A stretch of DNA of 43,109 nt from a virus. Its lineage: Duplodnaviria > Caudoviricetes. The notes under the pieces are model-generated. The model was not told where the DNA came from and did no database searches. It was given only the letters and a program-made list of their open reading frames with translations. The position numbers and the translations under genes are program-made. Shown here piece by piece: positions 25,814 through 35,102 of the stretch (position 1 is its first letter; every line of letters begins with the position of its first letter). The stretch is from the IMG/VR virus record IMGVR_UViG_3300037483_000324, positions 1 through 43,109 of that record. One strand, 5' to 3'.

Positions 25814-26650
25814 TTAAGCGGATTTTTTAACAGCTTCTGCCATCGTTTCGGCCATGATCCATAAAGCCCGGTTAAGCTTCACGTCTTTATCAATCGCTTT
25901 TATTTGGCGAGTTTTCATTCGTTTTCCCTCTGCATTTCTTCCCCGGATTCCACCTTTAATCAGGTTTTCTTGAACCACATTGTATGTGGTCCAAAGATCG
26001 CCTTTAGGACGATAATCAAAGCGGCTACCGGTTTTTGTGTCAACAAATCTGCGAGGTTTAAGCAGATCGTCGATTCTGATTGGAGCCGTTTCCGGTTCGT
26101 CGTAAACATAGCCGATGGCACCGGTGGCAAAAGCGTCCTGTTCAACAGGGCTTAGTTCGATTTCTTTAAATTGGCTGATTTTACCAGACAGCGTTCCGGC
26201 GACGCTGGCAAGCTGTTCGATCGCTTCGGAAACCTGATCGCCAATATTTCCAATATGCTTGATTTTGAAGGAACCGAAATCACTGGTTTGGGCGATTAAG
26301 CCATTACTGCAAACAAGCCGAAAAATCCCAGCCATAAAGGTGAATGCGGCGGCCCGATTGTGGCTGTTAACGCCAACTAACTCAATCCGCTCACCGTTAA
26401 CCCGGTAATCGTTATGTGCCCAACGCACGACGTGGCGCGTAAAGCCTCTGTTTGACGCGTCAATCGCTCTGGATTCACCCGCATAAACAGGTACCCAGCC
26501 GGATTCAAAAAGTTGATCGGAAATTTGTTCTGTATTCAGAAAAGCGTATCTGTCTGATACGCCTAGTTTCGGGTGGGTGGCATAGAAGGATGGGCAAACT
26601 TTCAACAAATCATCTCTTTCGAGTACTTCTAAACTACCGTAAGTTTTCAT
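25814..26650 (-). CDS. DUF932 domain protein
   Basis: PSFYA..SDRYAFLNT, NSH, AGIFRLVCSNGL, DLWTTYNVVQENLIKGG, LNRALW motifs; AAGGAG SD. Confidence 0.88.
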   Translation of the reverse strand: MKTYGSLEVLERDDLLKVCPSFYATHPKLGVSDRYAFLNTEQISDQLFESGWVPVYAGESRAIDASNRGFTRHVVRWAHNDYRVNGERIELVGVNSHNRAAAFTFMAGIFRLVCSNGLIAQTSDFGSFKIKHIGNIGDQVSEAIEQLASVAGTLSGKISQFKEIELSPVEQDAFATGAIGYVYDEPETAPIRIDDLLKPRRFVDTKTGSRFDYRPKGDLWTTYNVVQENLIKGGIRGRNAEGKRMKTRQIKAIDKDVKLNRALWIMAETMAEAVKKSA

Positions 26651-26697
26651 TTTTCTCCTTGGCGAGAATTGTTAACTATTACGTGACTGTTAGCTGT

Positions 26698-26726
26698 AAA
26701 GTAAACCGTTCAGATTACTTTGTCAA
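26698..26726 (-). promoter_or_regulatory. Leftward early promoter (PL-like), sigma70 type
   Basis: Minus strand TTGACA (26726-26721), 17 bp spacer, TACTTT (26703-26698), upstream of the DUF932 gene. Confidence 0.65.
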
Positions 26727-26976
26727 GCAAGTAAAATTATAAGCGCATAACAGGCAATATCGTCAGCAATATCATGGCTTACGAGACAAACGGCTATGGA
26801 GTTTTTTAGATTATTTTGAAAAAAAAAGGTATGTGTGTGTAATTATTGCAGAATTTTCTTGGTATGTTTAACCAAAGGATAAAGCTTTATGGCGTTCATG
26901 CGCTAACACCTATAGCACGTGAACGCCGTTTTACTGATAGCTGCTAAAGCGATAAGTGTTTCTGATTTAAAACTGT

Positions 26977-27546
26977 TTATCGTTTTTTATTCTTACCGGC
27001 TTTGAGGTAGTAATCTAACAAAGACTTAAAGACATCAGTAAGAATCGCGTAGTATTCCGCGTCACTTATTTTACCAGCTTCATAATGTTCTAACGAGGTG
27101 TCGAAGATAACTCCGTGGCAAAACAGCTTTAGTTTTTTAACGTCAAGGCGATATTCTTTGGCCATAAGCATGGTTAAAGTTTCCGCTCGGGCATGGTTTT
27201 CGGCGGAAATACTTGGCGCGTTTTGCATCTCTTCGCTGTACGGGAAATAGCATCCTGTTTTAAGGATATTATTTCCCATCAATATAAGGTCGTACACGCT
27301 TGTGTTTAGCGCCGTTGCTATTCTATCTTTTATGGCGTCAGGAATTTTTTTATCCTCTTGGTTTATTATCCCGTTTAGATATTGTTTAGATATTCCTATG
27401 CCTTCCGCCAATCTTGCTTTAGCGCCTCTAGGGCTTGTTATTTCTTTTAATGCAGTGGCAAAACACTGTGCCACTGGATAGTATCCGACAGCCTTCCATC
27501 TACCCTTTTCCAAATCATCTTCAAACGATTTTTTCTTTTTGGTCAT
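26977..27546 (-). CDS. XRE-family HTH repressor (CI-like), no S24 peptidase motif recognised
   Basis: KARLAEGIGISKQYLNGII...IATALNTSVYDLI; divergent from the cro-like gene. Confidence 0.75.
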   Translation of the reverse strand: MTKKKKSFEDDLEKGRWKAVGYYPVAQCFATALKEITSPRGAKARLAEGIGISKQYLNGIINQEDKKIPDAIKDRIATALNTSVYDLILMGNNILKTGCYFPYSEEMQNAPSISAENHARAETLTMLMAKEYRLDVKKLKLFCHGVIFDTSLEHYEAGKISDAEYYAILTDVFKSLLDYYLKAGKNKKR

Positions 27547-27628
27547 TGTTTATCCTTTTAAGTTTAATAAAATCAGCTTTTAAACAACAATAATACCCTA
27601 ATAGGTTGACAAATTGCAAGCATGTTCC

Positions 27629-27657
27629 TTGACATGTTATGTGTCAGTTTGTATTAT
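27629..27657 (+). promoter_or_regulatory. Rightward promoter (PR-like) with overlapping TGACA-N7-TGTCA candidate operator
   Basis: TTGACA 27629-34, 17 bp spacer, TATTAT 27652-57; inverted repeat 27630-27646. Confidence 0.75.
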
Positions 27658-27703
27658 CATCAGGGTACGAAACACGCAAAGTAAAACGATAATAGGATAA
27701 AAT

Positions 27704-27910
27704 ATGGAATGGAAACGAGGCGATAAATCAAAATTAGCAACACTCGCAGGCATATCTAAGCAATATCTAAACGCAATTTTAAAAAGGAAAAAGCGATGTA
27801 ATCCAAGCACCGCTTTAAAGCTCGAAAAAGCGGCAAAAGAGATGGATTTGGCCATAAGTGCAAACGATTTGGTGTTTAATAAGGAAACCAATAACTCACT
27901 ATTCGGCTAA
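27704..27910 (+). CDS. Cro-like HTH protein
   Basis: KSKLATLAGISKQYLNAILKRKKRCNPSTALKLEKA; first gene after the PR-like promoter. Confidence 0.8.
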   Translation: MEWKRGDKSKLATLAGISKQYLNAILKRKKRCNPSTALKLEKAAKEMDLAISANDLVFNKETNNSLFG

Positions 27911-27929
27911 TCTTCTTTTAAGGTCGCAC

Positions 27930-29921
27930 ATGAAAAGCACTTTAGGTTATGCTGAACGCGGTTGGTTCGTGTTTCCCGTCACAAAAGGAAAATCAAAACC
28001 ACCTTTGATTACAGGTTGGCAAGAAAAATCCAGTGCCGACCCGCATTGTATTAACCAGTGGAAAAAGCAGTTTCCAGGCTGCAATTGGGGCCTAGACTGT
28101 GAGAAATCAGGGCTTTGTGTCATTGACGTTGACAACAAAAACGGAAAACCGGGCGATGATTCCTTTCTCGATCTGGAATTGGATCACGGTTTGCCGCCTA
28201 CATTTACCGTCAAAACGCCCAACGGCGGGTTCCATCACTATTATTCCGGGCTAACGGCTTCCACAGCCGGAAAGCTTGGCCCTGGAATCGATACCAAATC
28301 AATTGGCGGTTACGTGGTCATCCCGGAATCGAAACGTTCAACCGGAATCTACGAGATAGTCCGACACTGTGATCAGATTCCACCGTTACCTACATCCCTA
28401 AAAAATCAAATCAGCCTACCGCTGCAAAAAGATCCGGAGCGTGACATTCCCGCCGTCGAGCTTGACCAACCGCACAACGTCATAAAAGCCACCCACTATC
28501 TGGTTAACAACGCCAAGCCTTCGCTGCAGGAATCGGGTGGAGACGATAACGCCTATAAAACAGCCTGTCATGTACGCGATCTTGGTGTATCGGAAGATGT
28601 GGCCATCGATCTATTGGATCGTTTTTGGAATCCCCGGTGCGAACCGCCTTGGTCTTATGAAGAGCTACAAGTTAAAATAAAAAATGCTTACCGTTACTCA
28701 CAGAACAAGGCAGGAGTCTCGACACCGGAAGCCGATTTCAAACCTATTGAGCAAAACGCGGAAAAAAATGCTCAATTTGAAACTTTCGCAGAAGCCGAAA
28801 ACCTACCTGGACCCAAAAAAATCAGCCTGTATACACAAAAACCGCCCGAACGGGTTTGGTTGATCGAGAATTGGATTCCGGAAGGCGAAATTTCAGCGTT
28901 GTACGGCGATGGTGGGATTGGAAAATCATTAATCGCTCTTCAATTAGCCGCGTCAGTCGCTTCCGGAGCACCGTTTTTAGGTCTTAACATTTCACGGTCT
29001 GTTCCAGTACTAGCAGTCATGGCCGAAGACAAAGACGACGAATTGCATCGTCGGATCTATTCTATTTGTTCGTCACCAGGATATGATTTTTCCGATGTCG
29101 AGCAGACTGAACTTTATTTATGGTCAGTAGCGGGACACTCTTCGGTATTGGCCCAGGTCGACCAGGGTACCGCCAAGAAAATGGCTTTCTACGATCAACT
29201 AGACAAAGAGTTAAGCAAGCTGCAGACAGGTCACAAGCTTTTAATTTTAGATACGCTATCAGACGTGTTTGCCGGCAATGAAAACGACCGGCAATCCGCT
29301 TCTCGTTTTATCAAAGTCGTCCTGCACTCCTTGATCACTAAACACAATCTGACTATTTTGTTACTCGCCCATCCTTCGCTTACCGGACAAAATACCGGCA
29401 CCTTTCTATCGGGTTCAACCGCCTGGAACAATTCTGTGCGTAATAGGCTTATCCTACGACCCCATAACGACGATACGCTTAAAGATAAATACCGGGTTTT
29501 GGAATGCGTAAAATCAAACTACGCTAAACCGGGCGAAGCGTTGATGATCTATTGGGAAAACGGAGTCTACAGATCAATAGAATCCGACGATCCCGTAATC
29601 GATGAGATTATAAACGTTAATAAAGATATAGTGTATCAAGCCATCGTGTCGTGGTCTAAACTCGGTAAACCGATTGGCCTAAGAAGTAACGCGGCTACTT
29701 TCATCGGAAAAATACCAATGTTTATGCATAACGGCCTATCGATGTCTACCGAAAAAAAGAAAGAGTGTGTGAATGAACTGATAGCCGAAGGCAGAGTTAA
29801 TGATGTTAAGGGCGAAAGAGCCGGTAAAAATGGATTGTACCCGAAACTAGACGAAAACGAAGAAAACGTTCAAAAAACAGATGAAAACGAGCAACAACAA
29901 GAAACAAATTGTACGGCGTAA
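27930..29921 (+). CDS. Bifunctional Prim-Pol fused to RecA-like (AAA_25/RepA) helicase
   Basis: GWFVFPV..KPP, VIDVD, TPNGGFHHYY, GIDTKSIGGYVV; Walker A GDGGIGKS, LLILDT, AHP, GSTAW, KSNY. ATG 27930 preferred over GTG 27858. Confidence 0.9.
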   Translation: MKSTLGYAERGWFVFPVTKGKSKPPLITGWQEKSSADPHCINQWKKQFPGCNWGLDCEKSGLCVIDVDNKNGKPGDDSFLDLELDHGLPPTFTVKTPNGGFHHYYSGLTASTAGKLGPGIDTKSIGGYVVIPESKRSTGIYEIVRHCDQIPPLPTSLKNQISLPLQKDPERDIPAVELDQPHNVIKATHYLVNNAKPSLQESGGDDNAYKTACHVRDLGVSEDVAIDLLDRFWNPRCEPPWSYEELQVKIKNAYRYSQNKAGVSTPEADFKPIEQNAEKNAQFETFAEAENLPGPKKISLYTQKPPERVWLIENWIPEGEISALYGDGGIGKSLIALQLAASVASGAPFLGLNISRSVPVLAVMAEDKDDELHRRIYSICSSPGYDFSDVEQTELYLWSVAGHSSVLAQVDQGTAKKMAFYDQLDKELSKLQTGHKLLILDTLSDVFAGNENDRQSASRFIKVVLHSLITKHNLTILLLAHPSLTGQNTGTFLSGSTAWNNSVRNRLILRPHNDDTLKDKYRVLECVKSNYAKPGEALMIYWENGVYRSIESDDPVIDEIINVNKDIVYQAIVSWSKLGKPIGLRSNAATFIGKIPMFMHNGLSMSTEKKKECVNELIAEGRVNDVKGERAGKNGLYPKLDENEENVQKTDENEQQQETNCTA

Positions 29922-30250
29922 CAGAGCGCAATAAGACTCTATAACAAGTGTGTTATAAAAAAAAACGAGCAAGCGTTCTGTAAAAAATAACAAAACAAAA
30001 AGTTAGTATGTGCGAAAACGTTTTAAGTCTAAAAATAGAAAACCTGTAACAGCAGCAAGGTCATTGGTACGCAACTAAAAGGCTAATAAAATTAGTGCGC
30101 GTGCAACTGTAATAATTTACGAATAGTGTTTTTTGTGTGTACTTTTAGTGTACGCGAACACTAGCGTATCGGTCAGTATAGCCGTATCGGCTACTATTTA
30201 AATAGATTAAAACATTAAAAAGTTTACAAACGGTGGAATCCGAACAACGC

Positions 30251-30492
30251 GTAAACGACATGTAAATGACAACCGCGCAAATGCTACTATATTGTTTACG
30301 CGGATACGTGTCATTTACATGTCATTTACAAAAAATTAGGCCTTGTCATTTAGCTGTCATTTAGTCATTTAGATTTTTAAATTGTTGTTATTAAAAGATA
30401 AAAACATGCTATTTATACTCGTCAGTCAGTTCGAGACAGGAACGGGGGTATATACACCCCCTTAAGGGGTGCATATACCCCCTGTGTCGAAC
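30251..30492. other. Putative replication origin: iterons, AT-rich tract, long palindrome
   Basis: (T)GTCATTTA at 30309, 30320, 30344, 30355, 30364 and inverted copies at 30252, 30263; AT-rich 30372-30416; palindrome 30429-30492; lies just downstream of the primase-helicase. Confidence 0.65.
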
Positions 30493-30547
30493 GGGTTTTT
30501 CAAAAACACAGGTGGCATTAAAAACTTTATAGAGATAGGAGGTATCG

Positions 30548-30994
30548 ATGGTTGCAAGTTATTTAGGCATAGATCCTGGTAAGAGCGGGGCCGTAGCGCT
30601 GTTACATTCAGATGGCGTTGAGATTCAAGATTGGGTGGATGGCCCGACAATGGACGGTGTGTTAAAAAATTGGCAGATGTTGTTTGGTATCACGATGGCG
30701 GCACTTGAACATGTAAGTGCTATGCCAAAACAGGGGGTAACAAGTATGTTTAGTTTTGGTACCAATTTCGGTTGGTGGCAGGGTTGGCTAGAGTGTGCTG
30801 GTATCTCTTACGTGTTGGTCAGGCCGCAAAATTGGCAAAAAGGAATGGTGCCTAAAAAAATGTCAAACACGGATAAACCAAGCTTGACGGTTGTTAGGCG
30901 TCTATTCCCCGACGTTGAGTTGCATTTGCAAAAGCATCATGGTCGGGCGGATGCTTTGCTGATTGCGGATTGGTTGAGAAGAGCGAGAAAATGA
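30548..30994 (+). CDS. RuvC-like Holliday junction resolvase
   Basis: GIDPGKSGAVA, ALEHV..MPKQGVTSMFSFG, HGRADALLIA; GGAGG SD. Confidence 0.88.
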   Translation: MVASYLGIDPGKSGAVALLHSDGVEIQDWVDGPTMDGVLKNWQMLFGITMAALEHVSAMPKQGVTSMFSFGTNFGWWQGWLECAGISYVLVRPQNWQKGMVPKKMSNTDKPSLTVVRRLFPDVELHLQKHHGRADALLIADWLRRARK

Positions 30995-31018
30995 AAAAAG
31001 GGTGTGGTTTTTAGAGGG

Positions 31019-31042
31019 TTTCCCCGGACCACTCCGGGGAAA
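31019..31042. other. 10-bp stem-loop after resolvase gene
   Basis: TTTCCCCGGA-ccac-TCCGGGGAAA; no convincing U-tract, so terminator role uncertain. Confidence 0.45.
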
Positions 31043-31363
31043 AGGTTATCTGAAAGTTTTTAGATCATCGTTCAAAAAGTCCATGTTAGCTCTGATTAAA
31101 AGTACATTAAAAATCATACCGGATATTAAAATTAAAAAAACGCGGTTGTTGACAAAGTAAACCAAATCTTTTTCACCTAAAGTTAATCTTCTTAGTGCTT
31201 CACGGCAATCGTAAACCAAAGTTTCCCCTCACGCATTGAATTCCTGTTTAACAGTCTGTTATATTGTGCATAAGCATACTTACGGCTCTGTTAATCCGTT
31301 AGCGCGATTTACTAAAATTAAGGGTACCCAAGTGTTTATCGACTTCTATAACAGGCAAATACT

Positions 31364-32245
31364 ATGAAACGGTTTTTATCGAAAGAAAAGAGTTTGCTGT
31401 TGGCGGCGGTAATGGCGATAGCCGTTATTGTTTTATTGCGATCGATCGGGTTTGGCACTTTAGCGACCACGTGGGCGCTAGAATTCTTTACACCACCTTG
31501 GGTGAAAGTTCTAGCCGGGAATTTGCTGTATGCCGTGTTCAACCTGGTAATGGCAGTGGTGACGTATCGGGTATTGGACCGGGTGTTGCTCGGGAAGTTA
31601 AGACTCGCAGACGAAATCAAAAAAGGCAACTGGACGGTAACGGTTTTTGTCACCGTGGTGATGGCTGCGGTTATCCTTTCAGGAAGGACGGCAATTGGAG
31701 TCGAGCAATCGCCTCTGATAGCTGCCAAACCCTATTTAACTACGATCGAAACAGCACATAACCGGTATTTTGGGAGGGGCTCTGAAGTACCCTATCGGTT
31801 GATTGTCTCTCAGTTCTATCAGGAAAGCAGGTTTGATGCTAACGCCGAATCTCCTGTTGGGGCAATAGGGATTGCTCAGATCATGCCAGGCACTAGATAC
31901 GATATTGAGCGGCAGATCGGGCCGTTTAATCCCTGGAATGCCAGGGATTCTATTTTTTCCGGAACTTACTACGTTGCTGATCGTTGGTTTGTATTCAAAT
32001 ACGGAAATAAGACAACGGCCAATAGGATGGCACTAGCTTTAGCTGCTTATAATAGCGGGTTGGGGTATGTGCTACAAGCACAAGCTTTGGCAACAGATTC
32101 CCAACACTGGTTGCCAGTGGCGGAAGCACTCTATAAAGTTCCGCGAGTGATAGCAGAGGAGCCGGTGACGTATGTGCGGTTAATATTCGAGCGGTATAAT
32201 AAGGTGTTCAGGCTTAGGAGTGATTTTAGGTTGGACGTAAGTTAG
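31364..32245 (+). CDS. Endolysin: SLT lytic transglycosylase fused to N-terminal 3-TM (DUF350-like) domain
   Basis: QESRF...SPVGAIGIAQIMPGT, ALAAYNSGLG, EPVTYV; three hydrophobic segments with LADEIKKGN. Confidence 0.85.
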   Translation: MKRFLSKEKSLLLAAVMAIAVIVLLRSIGFGTLATTWALEFFTPPWVKVLAGNLLYAVFNLVMAVVTYRVLDRVLLGKLRLADEIKKGNWTVTVFVTVVMAAVILSGRTAIGVEQSPLIAAKPYLTTIETAHNRYFGRGSEVPYRLIVSQFYQESRFDANAESPVGAIGIAQIMPGTRYDIERQIGPFNPWNARDSIFSGTYYVADRWFVFKYGNKTTANRMALALAAYNSGLGYVLQAQALATDSQHWLPVAEALYKVPRVIAEEPVTYVRLIFERYNKVFRLRSDFRLDVS

Positions 32246-32272
32246 CGTTTAGAACCTGGAAAGGGTAAGCCG

Positions 32273-32587
32273 ATGACTTCGGATGAAGCTGAAAAGATAA
32301 AGTCGTACATTACAGAAGCGGTCCAGGAAGCTTTTAAAGGTTGCAATGCCTGTCCGATTCCAGCAGAGGTGTCGAAAGAAATCGGGCATTTAAGTGATTC
32401 AATCAAGAGTGTCGGTGACGGTGACATGGCTCACGGCATAGAGCGAATAAGGGAAAATCATCGTTTTATCATGAAGTATCGAAAGCTATCAGAAAGGATA
32501 GGCAACATTGTTCTTGGAATTATCGTAATGGCGGTATTGACCGGTTTGGTAGCGTTGGCAAGCGCGAAGTTTTTAATGAGTAAATGA
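32273..32587 (+). CDS. Small protein with C-terminal TM helix (holin-like candidate)
   Basis: IGNIVLGIIVMAVLTGLVALASA; between endolysin and terminase. Confidence 0.5.
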   Translation: MTSDEAEKIKSYITEAVQEAFKGCNACPIPAEVSKEIGHLSDSIKSVGDGDMAHGIERIRENHRFIMKYRKLSERIGNIVLGIIVMAVLTGLVALASAKFLMSK

Positions 32588-33159
32588 TGATTAATGATAA
32601 TCCACATCGGCTTAATAGTCAGCAAATGCGGTTCTGCTATGAGTTTTTAGTAGATAATGAGCCGATAGAGGCCGCGAGACGTTCTGATTATAAAAGTCCT
32701 GGCAAAGCTGCCGCTAATCTAATCGCTAATCCGGATGTTGTTGACACGATAATCGGGCTGAGGGATGAGCGGACTAAACGCACGAATATCACAATCGACA
32801 AGGTTGTGCTAGAAGCTGGTTTGATCGCGTTTGCCAATATTGATGATTGTATTGGCGATATAAGCAACGTAATCGTCGACGAGAACGGTTTAAGGCGCAC
32901 ACGAATAACCTTTAAGGCGTTTAGAAAACTACCAAGAGGCGTAAAGGCCGCAATAGCAAGTGTTAAGGAAACGCGAGATGGTGTTGAAATCAAATGGTAC
33001 AGTAAATTAGACGCGCTCGATAAGCTAATGCGGCATTTGGGCGGATACAACGATAAGCTATCGTTGGAAGGTGGTATTAATCCAATCAAAATCAAAGGCG
33101 TGTTGACTGACGAGATACGAGAAAAACTCAGTGAAATTTACAACCAGGAAGGAAGCTAA
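32584..33159 (+). CDS. terS: Terminase small subunit
   Basis: LNSQQMRFCYEFLVD...AARRSDY, IAFANI, KLDALDKLMRHLG; upstream of the large subunit. Confidence 0.88.
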   Translation: MMINDNPHRLNSQQMRFCYEFLVDNEPIEAARRSDYKSPGKAAANLIANPDVVDTIIGLRDERTKRTNITIDKVVLEAGLIAFANIDDCIGDISNVIVDENGLRRTRITFKAFRKLPRGVKAAIASVKETRDGVEIKWYSKLDALDKLMRHLGGYNDKLSLEGGINPIKIKGVLTDEIREKLSEIYNQEGS

Positions 33160-34696
33160 TGAATTCTACGCTGATATTCTTTTTGATGCTGAGCTTAACG
33201 ACTGTGTACTTTCCGTTATGGCGGAGCTTGGTAAAAAAGATTTGTTCTTCCTTCTTACCCGGCTACTTAATCGACGTGATATTCAGCATGATTGGTTATT
33301 TGAGCGCTGCAAAGAAGTTCAGCAAGCGCCAAATAATCATCTTGATTTGTGGGCTAGGGAGCACAGGAAATCAACAATTATTACGTTTGCGCTGACGATT
33401 CAGGATTTGGTCATTGATCCAGAATTAACGTTCGGGATCTTTTCGATAACCAGGCCACTGGCTAAAGATTTTTTAGAGCAGATTAAGTTCGAATTTGAAG
33501 TAAATAGGTTGTTACAGCAATTGTATCCTGACGCCCTATTTAGTGAGCCACGTAAAGAGTCGCCCAAGTGGTCGCTAGATGACGGGATTGTGTTAAGACG
33601 AAAGGGTAATCCCAGGGAGGCCACGATTGAGGCGTTTGGGCTTGTTGAGGGTCTGCCGACCGGCAAGCATTTTAACATAAGGCTGTACGACGATATGATC
33701 GATGAAAAAAACGTAACCAACCTGGATATTATCAAAAAAGCGATTCAGCGCTGGGAATTGTCGCTCAATCTCGGTAGCGATCAAATCGTTAAGCGCTATG
33801 GGATTCCAAATATTACGCGGTATATCGGTACCCGGTATCGCTACAACGACGCTTACGCGCACTTGCTCGAAAAGAAGGCGGCTACGCCTAGGATACATCC
33901 CGGTACCGATACCGGTAAGGCGGATGGGAAACCGGTTTATTTTTCAGAAACGCTGATGGCTGAAAAACGGCGGGAAATGGGTTCGTACACCTTTGCGTGT
34001 CAAATTCTGTTAGATCCGAAAGCGGATGAGGTAGCGGGATTTAACGCGGATGATTTGCAATACTGGCACGTTGATACGGGCGCCAGCAGGATTATGAATC
34101 GTTATCTGCTAGTTGATCCGGCTTCTGCCAAGAAAAAAGATTCGGATTTCACGTCGATGTGGGTGATTGGGTTGGGTGAGGACTTGAATTATTACTTACT
34201 AGACGGGGTTAGGGATCGTCTCAATCTAACAGAACGGACCACTTGGTTGTCTCGGTTGCATCGTAAATGGCGACCACTTAAAACAGGCTACGAGCGTTAT
34301 GGACAACAAGCGGACATCGAACACATTCAGTTTGTTCAGAATCAGGAAAACTATCGATTTCCTATTATTCCTTTAGGTGGATCGATTCCAAAATCGGACC
34401 GGATACGCAAACTGATACCGGTGTTAGAGGCCCATCGTTATTATTTGCCAGTGCAATTGATATTTATTGATTATCAAAAAAAATCGCAGGATCTTACGCA
34501 GATTCACAGGCAGGAGCTAAAGGATTTTCCGGTTGGAATGTACGTAGACACTTTAGATTGCGCGGCACGAATACTTGATCCGGATTTGGGGGCTGTTTTT
34601 CCGGAAGCAAAAGTAAAATTGCCATTTAATTCTGAAGTTAATAAGGTCAAAACCGATTACGACTTATTTGGAGAAAGCTATGGGTGGCGGAGCTAA
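33131..34696 (+). CDS. terL: Terminase large subunit
   Basis: Walker A WAREHRKST, TGKHF, YDD, IGTRY, nuclease VDPAS..DFT, KSDRI, DTLDC. Confidence 0.9.
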   Translation: MKFTTRKEANEFYADILFDAELNDCVLSVMAELGKKDLFFLLTRLLNRRDIQHDWLFERCKEVQQAPNNHLDLWAREHRKSTIITFALTIQDLVIDPELTFGIFSITRPLAKDFLEQIKFEFEVNRLLQQLYPDALFSEPRKESPKWSLDDGIVLRRKGNPREATIEAFGLVEGLPTGKHFNIRLYDDMIDEKNVTNLDIIKKAIQRWELSLNLGSDQIVKRYGIPNITRYIGTRYRYNDAYAHLLEKKAATPRIHPGTDTGKADGKPVYFSETLMAEKRREMGSYTFACQILLDPKADEVAGFNADDLQYWHVDTGASRIMNRYLLVDPASAKKKDSDFTSMWVIGLGEDLNYYLLDGVRDRLNLTERTTWLSRLHRKWRPLKTGYERYGQQADIEHIQFVQNQENYRFPIIPLGGSIPKSDRIRKLIPVLEAHRYYLPVQLIFIDYQKKSQDLTQIHRQELKDFPVGMYVDTLDCAARILDPDLGAVFPEAKVKLPFNSEVNKVKTDYDLFGESYGWRS

Positions 34697-35102
34697 AACA
34701 ATTGAGCATACGATAAAGAAGATTGTGAGCGACGTGGCAGGTTTTGCGGAAGGAGCTACTAGAGCGACGGCAAAAGTAGTCATGGACACTGATCCAGTAA
34801 CAAACGCCGTTGTTGCGGCGGCACAGGATTACGCGGATAGTTTCGCAGGCGCCGCGAAGAAAAAAAGCGCTAAAGTAGCGGAAGCGGGAAAAGCTGCAGT
34901 ACAAGAAGGTTTGATGACGCCTGTAACTTCGCCAGCGGCAGCAGAAGACGATAGTGCTCCGGATGCTCCTGATCCTTATGCTTTGTTAGCGCTGAGACGA
35001 CAACATGGAGGTGGAAAAGGGATTAGGGCCAACATGCTGACGGGCGGTACCGGTGTTAGGGGTTCCGCGCCAACCAAAAAGCGCAATTTACTTGGGGTTT
35101 AA
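34680..35102 (+). CDS. Small virion-associated protein upstream of portal
   Basis: MGGG start with GGAG SD, Ala-rich, C-terminal LTGGTGV...KKRNLLG typical for this position. Confidence 0.65.
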   Translation: MGGGAKTIEHTIKKIVSDVAGFAEGATRATAKVVMDTDPVTNAVVAAAQDYADSFAGAAKKKSAKVAEAGKAAVQEGLMTPVTSPAAAEDDSAPDAPDPYALLALRRQHGGGKGIRANMLTGGTGVRGSAPTKKRNLLGV

